64,000 nt of DNA from Chthoniobacterales bacterium (GTDB taxonomy: Bacteria > Verrucomicrobiota > Verrucomicrobiia > Chthoniobacterales > Chthoniobacteraceae), in the NCBI GenBank assembly GCA_038207335.1, contig JBBQZX010000014.1, positions 65,186-129,185 of the forward strand. The letters are read 5' to 3'. A program made the position numbers and the translations under genes. This document shows positions 40,491-49,468 of the stretch, piece after piece; the stretch's first letter is position 1; every line of letters starts with the position of its first letter. A model generated the notes under the pieces. The model was not told where the DNA came from and did no database searches. It worked only from the letters and a program-made list of their open reading frames with translations.

Positions 40491-42161
40491 TCACGGCGAT
40501 TTTTCGCTCACCTCGAAATTTTCCTCCCGAACAACCGGTCCGATCCGCCGCACCTCGACCGAGACGAGACAGACATCGTCGATGAATCCGCCGCTCCCGG
40601 AAAAGCGGCGCACCTCCTCCAGCGTCTCGTCGAAGATCGCCTCGGGCTCAAGTTGGACACGACGCCGGATTCCGGTCAGGAGCATGGTTTGGTCGAAGTA
40701 TTCTCCGTCGGAGTTCTCCACCTCGTAAAGGCCATCCGTGTAAAGCAGGATCAGGTCTCGCGCCGCCACGCTCGTTTCTCCGGTGGTATAGTGAGATTCG
40801 TCAAAGACTCCGAGCGCCGGCCCCGGCAGCATCGCTGTCGCACTTAGAGGCGCAGCAGAGTCGCCTCCCCGCCGTAGATGCAGCGGCATGGGATGCCCGG
40901 CATTCGCGCAGCGCAAAATCCCGCGCTCCGCATCGATCACGAGATAAAAGGCGGACGCGAACATCGGGCTGCGCGTCCGCCGCAAAATCGACAGCAGCGA
41001 GGCATTCATCCGCGTGAGAAACTCTCCGGGGTCATCTGCGAATTCCGACAACTCCTCGACGAGCGCGCGCTGAATCGCAGTCACCAGCGCGGCCCGCACG
41101 CCGTGCCCCATCACGTCGCAAATGAACACCCCTGCCCGCGTGTCCGAGATCGGCACAACGTAGAAAAAATCGCCCCCGAGCGCTGTGGTCGGGATATACC
41201 GGCTGTAGAATGCGAGAACGCTTTCTCCCGGCGCTGCATCACGCGGGAATGCTGGAAACTGCTGCGGCAGAAACGCCTGCTGCACTTCGCGCGCAAGATT
41301 CATGTCGTCTTGGAGTTCAGCGTTTTTGCCCCGCAATTCCTCCGTGTATCTCGCGAGCTGCCGCTCCGCGTCTTTCCGTGCCGTGATGTCGTGCCCGATC
41401 CCGATCACCCCGATGATTTTCCCGTGTAAATCGCGCAGCGGCACCTTGGTCGTGGAGAGCCAGCGCCCGACCCCGGGGGTCTCCTCGGTCAGTTCGTGGC
41501 GATTCAAGATCGGCTCGCCGGTGCGAACGACCGATTCGTCGTCCGCGAGAAATTTCGCAGCGACCTCGGGCGGAAAAAAATCGCTCGTGTGCTTGCCGAT
41601 CACGTCCTCCAGCGACGCCGCTCCTACTTGCCGCATGTGCGCGCTGTTATCGAGAAGATAGCGTCCGTCCGCATCTTTCACGTAGATCGAATCCGGCAGG
41701 TTATCGATGACGTCGCGCAGCAGCGTCCGCTCCTCCTGCAAGCGCCGATCGGCCTCTGCGCGCTTGATTGCATAACGAATCGCTCGCACGAGCAAGGGCT
41801 GATCGAGCAGCCCTTTCACGAGATAATCCTGTGCGCCCTCCTGCACCGTCTGCAGCGCCAGGGCCTCATCGTTCATCCCGCTCAGCACCACGATCGGCGC
41901 TCGCGCGGGATGCACCGCAAGGCGGTGAAATGTCTCGAGTCCGCTGCTGTCCGGCAGCGTGAGATCACTGAGCACCACATCGATCCCGCCGGAATCGAGC
42001 CGCTCCAGCGCGGCGCTCATGCGCGCGACAATCTCGACCGAAAAGAGAATCGGCGCATCCGCGAGCATTTCCTGAATCAAGAAAACGTCGCCCGGATTAT
42101 CCTCCACGAGCAGCACCCGGATCGGCTGCACTCCTTCCGCGCTGTCGTCTTCCTCGCTCAT
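40491..42161 (-). CDS. REC-PAS-SpoIIE (RsbU-like PP2C phosphatase) regulator
   Basis: N-terminal REC; PAS (IYVKDADGRY); GGDFF, CDVMGHGV.AAL, ANAGHP, YTDGL, DDV. Confidence 0.92.
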   Translation of the reverse strand: MSEEDDSAEGVQPIRVLLVEDNPGDVFLIQEMLADAPILFSVEIVARMSAALERLDSGGIDVVLSDLTLPDSSGLETFHRLAVHPARAPIVVLSGMNDEALALQTVQEGAQDYLVKGLLDQPLLVRAIRYAIKRAEADRRLQEERTLLRDVIDNLPDSIYVKDADGRYLLDNSAHMRQVGAASLEDVIGKHTSDFFPPEVAAKFLADDESVVRTGEPILNRHELTEETPGVGRWLSTTKVPLRDLHGKIIGVIGIGHDITARKDAERQLARYTEELRGKNAELQDDMNLAREVQQAFLPQQFPAFPRDAAPGESVLAFYSRYIPTTALGGDFFYVVPISDTRAGVFICDVMGHGVRAALVTAIQRALVEELSEFADDPGEFLTRMNASLLSILRRTRSPMFASAFYLVIDAERGILRCANAGHPMPLHLRRGGDSAAPLSATAMLPGPALGVFDESHYTTGETSVAARDLILLYTDGLYEVENSDGEYFDQTMLLTGIRRRVQLEPEAIFDETLEEVRRFSGSGGFIDDVCLVSVEVRRIGPVVREENFEVSEKSP

Positions 42162-45100
42162 TCTTTCAACCCCGCCGCCAGCTCCACATCGAAAACATCG
42201 CGCACTTTCCTCGCGAGTTCAGACGGCGTGAAAGGCTTTTGTAAAAACGGAGAGTCGCTTTCGAGCCCATGCCGCCGCAGGATAACTTCATCCACATACC
42301 CCGAGGTGAAGAGTACCTTCGTCCGTGCGCTCCGCGTCCGCATCCAGTCGGAAAGCGCCTTTCCACCGAGGTCCGGCAGCACCACATCCGAGAAAAGCAA
42401 ATCGATGGGACGACTCGTTTCGGCCTCCACGATCTCGCGCGCCGAGGTCGCATCGCCCGCCTCGATCACGGTGTATCCGAGACGCCGCAGCACGTGCGTC
42501 GTCAGGCTGCGCACCGAGATTTCATCCTCGACGTAGAGGATGGTTTCCGCACCGCCGGGCAGCTCGCCGGCGTCCTTTTTTACGTTCGCCTTCACGCCCG
42601 ATTCATCCACGCGCGGCATGTAGATCGAGAATGAACTTCCGACCTCCGGCGTGCTCTCCACATGGATGTAGCCGCCGCTTTGCTTGACGATCCCATAGCA
42701 CGTCGCGAGACCGAGCCCGGTCCCCTGTCCCTTTTCTTTCGTCGTAAAAAACGGCTCGAAAATGTGCTTCATCACCTCTGGCGACATTCCCGTGCCGGTG
42801 TCGGTCACAGTAAGCTTCACGTATTCACCCGCCGGCATCTCATTCACCGAAAAACCGTCGTCGAGGACGTAACTCATCTCTTCGGTATGAATGGTGATCG
42901 AGCCGCCATTCGGCATCGCGTCGCGGGCATTCACGCACAGGTTCAACAGCACCTGCTCAAGCTGGCTCGGGTCTGCTTTCAGACGCCCAGCCTGCGAAGT
43001 CAGCGCTGTCTTGATTTCGATATGCTCGCCGATCACACGCTGCAGCATCTTCTGCAAATTTCGCACGCTCTCGTTCACATCGAAGACCCGCAGATACAGT
43101 GGCTGCCGCCGACTGAACGCCAGCAACTGATGCGTCAGCGCCGCAGCGAAATCCGCCGCCTTCCGTATCTCTGCGAGATGTTTGTACATCCACTGGCGCT
43201 CATCGATCTGCCCCATGATGAGGTCGCTGTAGCCGAGGATCGCCGTGAGGATGTTGTTGAAATCATGCGCGATCCCGCCGGCAAGCCGCCCGACCGCGTC
43301 CATTTTCTGCGACTGCAAAAGCTCTTCCTCCAGTCGCTTGCGCTCCGTGATGTCGCGAGCGATCGAAGAGAGCCCGGTCACTTTCCCCTCGTCGCCGCGC
43401 ATCGGCGAATCGGTGAGCGACACTGAGATTTTCTTTCCGTCTTTGCGCAGTCGCACCGTCTCGTAATCGGCCATGCTTTCGCCACGCTTCACCGCCGTCA
43501 GGATTCGCGGAAATTCATCGAGACGATCTGGCGGCAAAAGCATGTGCAGCGGCCGACCCACCGCCTCCTCCGCGGCGTAGCCGTAGATGCGCTCCGCAGC
43601 GACGTTCCAGCTTCGGATTAGCCCGTCCAGCGTGCAGGCGATGATCGCGTCGTTGCTGTTCGCAACGACTGCCGCGAGTTCCGAGGTGATCCGCTGAGTG
43701 TCTCGCCGATAGGTGATGTCGCGCAGATACGCCGTAAAGACTGGCGTCCCACCCAGCACGATCCGGCTGATGGACATTTCGACCGGCACCTCCGATCCAT
43801 CGCTGCGCATCGCCGAGAGTTCCATGCGCCGCCCGATCGTCGGTCCGATCTCACTCGCCGCGTCCTTGAGTTGAAGGCCGCGCCGGTGACTTTCCCGCAG
43901 CGTCTCCGGGATGATGAGTTCCACCATGTCGCGCCCCAGCGCATCGTCCTGACTGTATCCAAAGAGCCGTTCCGCCGCGGGGTTGAACTCCGTGATCTTT
44001 CCCTCGCTGTCGAAGCTGATGATGCAATCCAGCGACGATTTCAAAATCGCGGCCTTTCTCATCTCGCTCGTTCGCAGCGCTTCCTCCGCGCCTTTCCTCT
44101 CGAGCAGATGCCCGAGTTGGCTGCCGATCACCCCCAGCGTTTGCAAAAGTTCGGGATCGGGCAGCGAGATTTTTGGGCTGAAAAACTCGAGCACATGCAG
44201 CACCTCGCCGCCGACTTTGATCGGCACGCCAAACGCAGACCCCATCCCCGCCGTGATCGCAATCGCAACATTTGGATACTGTGCATCGGGCACCATGTCC
44301 GCAATCCACTTTGGCTCGCCTGTCTTCCACACCTCACCCGAAAGCCCTTCCCCCACGGCATAGGTCGTCCGCGAATTTGCCTCCTCGAACGCCGCCACAT
44401 CCACGTCCGGCGTATGCCATATCTCCACGCATCGCAGCAGCATCCGCTCGGCATCCACATCCCAGACAGCTCCCATGTCCCATTCCAAAATCTCGCAGAT
44501 TGTCTGCAAGATTTTCGGCCGGGCCTCCGCCACCGTCGCCGTCTCGCTCAGCGCGCGCGTCGTCGCGTATTGCAGCCGCCGCCTCTGCTCACCCCACCAG
44601 CGATCCGACACGTCCTCCACCGTTCCCTGAAGGTAAAGCAACTCCCCTTTCTCATCCCGCACGGCTCTCACATTTTCCCGCAGCCAAACCGTGCGTCCAT
44701 CCGCTCGCATCGCCTCGAACTCGAAATTCGACACGACATCCTCCTCCGCCAAGGCTTCAAGTAGCGCTGCCCGCTGCTCGGGGTCGACGTAAAGCTGCGT
44801 GCCGATATCCGACAAACTCTCCATCAAATGCGCCGGCGAGCGATAGCCGTACATTTGCGCGAGCGCCGCGTTCGCGGTGATGAAACGCCCCTCCGGCGTC
44901 GTCTGGAAAATCCCCTCGATCGCACTGTCGAAAATTGACCGATATTTTGCATCCGTGTCGGAGAGTTGTGACACGAGCGCCGCCTTGTGCCGCACGTCCG
45001 CGCGCATCTGCCGCGCGAGCCGATAGAGGAAAAACGTCGTGCAGCCGATCGCCACGAGCAGCAGTCCCTGCACGACATCCTCGAGCGACTCGAGCCGGTT

Positions 45101-45703
45101 CGCCGCCTCCGAGTGAGCCTTCGCGCGCGCCATTTGCACGTCTCGCGTTTTCTCCCGGAGCCGCTCGTACGAGCCCAGCGCGGAATGAAATCGATCCGAC
45201 AGCGCGCCGAAACGATCGCGCAACGGCGGGCTTTCACCCGAATCGGAAGGCGACGGTCGTTGGAACTCGGCCGCGAAATCAGCCACATCTCCGCGAAATC
45301 TTTGAATCCCATCCTCGAGCGGAGCACGCTCGTCTCCCAAAGCCTGCGTCCGCGTCTCCGACTCATATTCTCCGAGCTCCCGATCAAACTCCGCCAGCAT
45401 TCCGCGAAAATGCAGCGCTCGTGCTTCCGGGGCCGCCGGCGGCTCGAACGCTGCCTCGTAAATCATCGTCAGCGAATGCGACATCTCGGAACAGCGCCGG
45501 AGCACTTCCGACCATGCATTTGAACGCGCCGAAGAGACCGCCGCAGACTGCGTGAACTCGTGCCGCAACCACAGGCTGAGGACGATGATCACGGCGTACA
45601 GCGCCGTAAGAATATAGCCACCCGCGCTTCTGAATCGCGTTGGCGCAGACGGGATTTGCGATCGAGAAATTTCGCTCACTTTTGAAGGGGACACGCGTGG
45701 CAC
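42158..45703 (-). CDS. Membrane-bound hybrid histidine kinase (periplasmic sensor-PAS-GAF-PAS-PAS-HisKA-HATPase-REC)
   Basis: Two TM helices; EGIFQTTPEGRF (PAS); GAF; AGGIAHDFNNIL; NARDAM; GTGLGL; C-terminal REC. Start codon uncertain. Confidence 0.92.
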   Translation of the reverse strand: MPRVSPSKVSEISRSQIPSAPTRFRSAGGYILTALYAVIIVLSLWLRHEFTQSAAVSSARSNAWSEVLRRCSEMSHSLTMIYEAAFEPPAAPEARALHFRGMLAEFDRELGEYESETRTQALGDERAPLEDGIQRFRGDVADFAAEFQRPSPSDSGESPPLRDRFGALSDRFHSALGSYERLREKTRDVQMARAKAHSEAANRLESLEDVVQGLLLVAIGCTTFFLYRLARQMRADVRHKAALVSQLSDTDAKYRSIFDSAIEGIFQTTPEGRFITANAALAQMYGYRSPAHLMESLSDIGTQLYVDPEQRAALLEALAEEDVVSNFEFEAMRADGRTVWLRENVRAVRDEKGELLYLQGTVEDVSDRWWGEQRRRLQYATTRALSETATVAEARPKILQTICEILEWDMGAVWDVDAERMLLRCVEIWHTPDVDVAAFEEANSRTTYAVGEGLSGEVWKTGEPKWIADMVPDAQYPNVAIAITAGMGSAFGVPIKVGGEVLHVLEFFSPKISLPDPELLQTLGVIGSQLGHLLERKGAEEALRTSEMRKAAILKSSLDCIISFDSEGKITEFNPAAERLFGYSQDDALGRDMVELIIPETLRESHRRGLQLKDAASEIGPTIGRRMELSAMRSDGSEVPVEMSISRIVLGGTPVFTAYLRDITYRRDTQRITSELAAVVANSNDAIIACTLDGLIRSWNVAAERIYGYAAEEAVGRPLHMLLPPDRLDEFPRILTAVKRGESMADYETVRLRKDGKKISVSLTDSPMRGDEGKVTGLSSIARDITERKRLEEELLQSQKMDAVGRLAGGIAHDFNNILTAILGYSDLIMGQIDERQWMYKHLAEIRKAADFAAALTHQLLAFSRRQPLYLRVFDVNESVRNLQKMLQRVIGEHIEIKTALTSQAGRLKADPSQLEQVLLNLCVNARDAMPNGGSITIHTEEMSYVLDDGFSVNEMPAGEYVKLTVTDTGTGMSPEVMKHIFEPFFTTKEKGQGTGLGLATCYGIVKQSGGYIHVESTPEVGSSFSIYMPRVDESGVKANVKKDAGELPGGAETILYVEDEISVRSLTTHVLRRLGYTVIEAGDATSAREIVEAETSRPIDLLFSDVVLPDLGGKALSDWMRTRSARTKVLFTSGYVDEVILRRHGLESDSPFLQKPFTPSELARKVRDVFDVELAAGLKE

Positions 45704-45863
45704 GCTGTCGCGGCACAGTTAAATCCAACTTTCCCATCTCTCCAGCACAATTCCCCGGCCTTCGGAATCGAAACCGGCGTCCCAAAAACCGGCAAGTTGT
45801 GTGCGCTCGAATGAAGAAAATCTTTCCCATCCCGCCCATCAGACGATCCGCTAGACTTCGTCC

Positions 45864-46757
45864 ATGAGCCAAACCGCCGATTCTTTTTCTCGCTGGCAAA
45901 TCCCGGGCCGTATCGAATTTCACGACACTCCCGACATGCTCGTGCGCCTCGAAATCCAAACCGCACGCGCCCAAGCAGCGATCTATTTGCACGGTGCGCA
46001 CGTAACACATTTCCAGCCAGTCGATTCCGCGCCGATTCTCTTCCTGAGCGAGTCCAGCGCCTTCGCTCCCGGCAAGGCCATCCGTGGCGGGGTGCCCGTG
46101 ATCTTCCCGTGGTTCGGCCCGCGCGCCGGGCATTCGTGCGCACCCATGCACGGCTTCGCACGCACGAGCGAATGGGACATTGAGTCGATCGCCGACGCCG
46201 ATGAAACCGTAACCGTCACTCTCCGCCTCAACGCGAGTGGTGTCACAAGCGCTCAGTGGCCGCACGACTTTATCCTGCGCCACCGCATGACCATCGGCGC
46301 GAAACTCACGATGGAACTCGAAGTCGAGAACACCGGCACCGAGTCGTTCGAGTTCGAGGAAGCGCTACACACTTACTTCGCAGTCGGCGACGTCCGAGAA
46401 GTCTCCGTGACCGGCCTCGCTGACGTTGATTTCATCGACAAAACCGACGCATTCACTCGCAAAACGCAAAGCTCCGACCCGATCCGAATCACCGCCGAAA
46501 CCGACCGCGTTTATCTCAACACTGACTCGACCTGCGAACTCCACGACCCCTCGCGTCCCACCCCGATCGTCGTCGAAAAAAGCGGTTCGCACACCACCGT
46601 CGTCTGGAATCCGTGGATCGAAAAAGCGAAAGCGATGACCGACTTCGCCGATGACGAATGGCCCAAGATGCTCTGCATCGAAACCGCCAACACCGGACAA
46701 AACGCCATCACCCTCGCCTCCGGAGAAACCCACATCATGCGCGCGACGGTCGGATAG
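45864..46757 (+). CDS. D-hexose-6-phosphate mutarotase (aldose 1-epimerase, YeaD-like)
   Basis: GAHVTHF, AIRGGVPVIFPWFG, HGFAR, ALHTYF, VVWNPW, MLCIE. Confidence 0.92.
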   Translation: MSQTADSFSRWQIPGRIEFHDTPDMLVRLEIQTARAQAAIYLHGAHVTHFQPVDSAPILFLSESSAFAPGKAIRGGVPVIFPWFGPRAGHSCAPMHGFARTSEWDIESIADADETVTVTLRLNASGVTSAQWPHDFILRHRMTIGAKLTMELEVENTGTESFEFEEALHTYFAVGDVREVSVTGLADVDFIDKTDAFTRKTQSSDPIRITAETDRVYLNTDSTCELHDPSRPTPIVVEKSGSHTTVVWNPWIEKAKAMTDFADDEWPKMLCIETANTGQNAITLASGETHIMRATVG

Positions 46758-46787
46758 CGGAGCGTCGTCGGATCTTCCTGGAGGAAT

Positions 46788-48566
46788 TTATCCCAGCCGC
46801 GCCGCCAGTCCGCGCTCCGCGTCCTCGACCGTTCGCCCCTCCACGAGCACACGCTTCATCTGCCGCTTCCCGTCCTTCATCGCGAAGACGATCTCGAACG
46901 CCGCGGTCGATTCCTCCATCGCGGTGCTCCACGACTTCGACTCCACCTTCTCCGCGTTCTTCGCGAGCCACTCGCCGAGTTCCGCCTCGCTGCTCGCCGA
47001 CTCGCGCCAGAATGCCAGCCCGTCGCAGGCCAATTCCCGGAACCGCGCGACCACGAAATCGCGCTCCAAAAACGCCAGCAGGTTGCCCGCCTTCGGCCCC
47101 GCCTCGCGATCCAGCAGCACGCGATAAATCGCCTTGAACCCAAGCCCCTGATCGATCGGCGTCATCCGCGCCACCTCGAAAATCTTCGACTGCAGCGCGT
47201 CATCCTCCCACGTCGTGTCGCCGAGTTCATCCGCGAGCTTTTGTAAAAATGCGCGCTGCGTCTGCGACAGCTCACTCGCGCGCGCCGGCAGCGTTTCCTG
47301 AAGCCGCGTCTTCTCTTCCTCGCCCGCGTAATTTTCCACCCACAGCTTCGCCGACGCGATCCGCCGGTCGAGATGCCGTCGCTCGATTTCCGTCAGCGGC
47401 GAGCCTTTGCGCTTCTCGATTTGCTCCACCACATCGAGATGGGGCATCTGCACGAGCGCGGCGACGAGTTGGAAGTTCGCGGTGAAATACGCGCCCTCCG
47501 GCGTCAGCTCGCAGAGCCGATAGACACAGGCTTCGTCGGCATTCGCGAGACCCGTCGTCGCGCGCAATTGATACCGGTCGAACTCATTGAACAGCTTGAT
47601 GATCCCCTCCTCATGCACGTCGAAATTCACCGGCGAATTCGGCTTTGTGCGAATCATCAAAAACCGCAGCACCTCCGGCGGCAGCAAATCCGCCATGTCG
47701 CGCGCGCTCGCGCCGACGCCGCGCGAAGAACTCATCTTCGCGCCGCCGACGAGGAAAAACTCGTAAGGCACATTCAGCGGCGGCTCCTTTTGAAAAATCG
47801 CGCGCACACAAGCCGCCGACACATCGCGAGAACCGCCCTTTGTCGAATGGTCTTTCCCCGCGCCCTCGATCGTCACTGGGAAGCTCACCCACTTCGCCAC
47901 CCATTCGAGTTTCCACGGCAGCTTTCCGCGCCCGTCGAACGGCGAAACTTTCCCCTCATGTCCGCAGCCGCGCGCCCACTTCACCATGTCCGGCCGGCAG
48001 CGATAGGACACCTCGCACCCGTCGTACGCGAAGACCTCCGTCGTCCCGATGCGCCCGCACTTCTCACACACCGTCTGGAATGGAAACCAAGTCTCCGCCC
48101 GCTCCGAATTGCTCACCTCCTTGTAAACGCGACGCACCGTCGGTGCCGCGCGCAGGATCGTGTCGATCGCCTCGTTGAACTTCCCGCTGCGATAAATATC
48201 CCGCATCCGATACTTCTCCACGCGCACGCCGAGTTCCTCGAAAACCTCGAAGAACTCCGCGATGTAATGCTCCGCCATGTCGCTCGCGGTCGAGCCATCC
48301 GGCGGCGGCACATTGCAAAGCGGCTGCCCGAGATACTGCTCGAAATGCGCCCCCTTCCCCGCCGGAATTTCATCGAGCGGATCGAAGTCATCGACCCCGA
48401 AAAGGTAACGCGCCTCGATGCCTTTCTCCCGCAGCGTGCGGAAGATCGCATCGTGAATGAGCACCCCGCGCATCGCGCCGACATGCACGCGGCCCGACGG
48501 CGTCTTCGAGTCATTGATGATCTGCGCGCCGGTGCAGCGCCCGGCGATTTCTTCAGTCCAGAACAT
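46788..48566 (-). CDS. lysS: Lysine--tRNA ligase, class I
   Basis: MFW..., KTPSGRVHVG (HIGH-type), DDFDPL, CEKCG zinc motif, GKLPWKLEW, EGAGKDH, KMSSS, GPKAG. Confidence 0.93.
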   Translation of the reverse strand: MFWTEEIAGRCTGAQIINDSKTPSGRVHVGAMRGVLIHDAIFRTLREKGIEARYLFGVDDFDPLDEIPAGKGAHFEQYLGQPLCNVPPPDGSTASDMAEHYIAEFFEVFEELGVRVEKYRMRDIYRSGKFNEAIDTILRAAPTVRRVYKEVSNSERAETWFPFQTVCEKCGRIGTTEVFAYDGCEVSYRCRPDMVKWARGCGHEGKVSPFDGRGKLPWKLEWVAKWVSFPVTIEGAGKDHSTKGGSRDVSAACVRAIFQKEPPLNVPYEFFLVGGAKMSSSRGVGASARDMADLLPPEVLRFLMIRTKPNSPVNFDVHEEGIIKLFNEFDRYQLRATTGLANADEACVYRLCELTPEGAYFTANFQLVAALVQMPHLDVVEQIEKRKGSPLTEIERRHLDRRIASAKLWVENYAGEEEKTRLQETLPARASELSQTQRAFLQKLADELGDTTWEDDALQSKIFEVARMTPIDQGLGFKAIYRVLLDREAGPKAGNLLAFLERDFVVARFRELACDGLAFWRESASSEAELGEWLAKNAEKVESKSWSTAMEESTAAFEIVFAMKDGKRQMKRVLVEGRTVEDAERGLAARLG

Positions 48567-48571
48567 CCTCG

Positions 48572-49435
48572 CTACTCCTTCGGGATCGTCCACATCCGCT
48601 TCGACACGACTTCCTGCACCACCACCTGATCCGCGCGCAGATCGATCACTTTATACGTCGCCCCTTTTTCGCTCGGCCAGGTGAATTCCTCGCCCTGCCG
48701 CACCGTCATCGTCGTGCCGTCCGCGGAGGTCAGCACCGCGCTCGTCGCCGCGCTTTTCGACGTCAGGTCTTTCACCAAAACAACCTTTTCCTTCGTCGTC
48801 GGATTCTCCAGTTCCACCCGCGAGAGGTCCACCGGCGTCCCCGTCTTATCGATCACCGCGTGGCGCTCCGTCACCTTCTCCACCTTCATCCCGCCGATGC
48901 TGTCGCCGACAGACAAGCTCTCCACTTTTTCCTCACCGTCTGTGGTCCGAATTTTCGCCGTGCGTCCCGACACCGATTGCAGGACGAGCGGCACGCGCAC
49001 CTCCGCGTATTTCTTCAGTCGCATGACTTTGTGAATTCCAGGTCGCGAATTCGGATCGAGCGGGTTCGTGTCCGCCATGAATTCATCGCGATTCGTCGCT
49101 CCATCGCCGTCGGGGTCGGCGTCGAGCATCGTCGGGTCGTTGAGGTCGAGGCTGTATTTCTTGAACCACGATTCGTAAGCGCGATCCGACGCGAGCAATT
49201 CCGCGGGAACGTCCGACACAGCAGGATCGACAGCAGCCGCCTCCCTCGCCGCGACGGTCGTGGGTTGATCGGTGGAAGGTGCCGCATCGGCAACCGGTGC
49301 AGACGTCACGGCGGGCTCATCTGCTGCCGCCGTCGCATCCGCATTCGCAGGCTCTACGGCAGGCTTTTTGTGGCACGCGGAGAGCGAGGCAGCGGCGAGA
49401 AAAAGTGCGGTGAAACGGCAGGCGAACGAATTCAT
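48572..49435 (-). CDS. Lipoprotein with a thrombospondin-type-3-like Ca-binding motif
   Basis: Lipobox SLSAC; DPDGDGATNRDEFMADTNPLDPNS; beta-rich C-terminal region. Confidence 0.7.
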   Translation of the reverse strand: MNSFACRFTALFLAAASLSACHKKPAVEPANADATAAADEPAVTSAPVADAAPSTDQPTTVAAREAAAVDPAVSDVPAELLASDRAYESWFKKYSLDLNDPTMLDADPDGDGATNRDEFMADTNPLDPNSRPGIHKVMRLKKYAEVRVPLVLQSVSGRTAKIRTTDGEEKVESLSVGDSIGGMKVEKVTERHAVIDKTGTPVDLSRVELENPTTKEKVVLVKDLTSKSAATSAVLTSADGTTMTVRQGEEFTWPSEKGATYKVIDLRADQVVVQEVVSKRMWTIPKE

Positions 49436-49468
49436 GAAGCGCGGAGTGTAGGCGGCAGACGCCGATGT

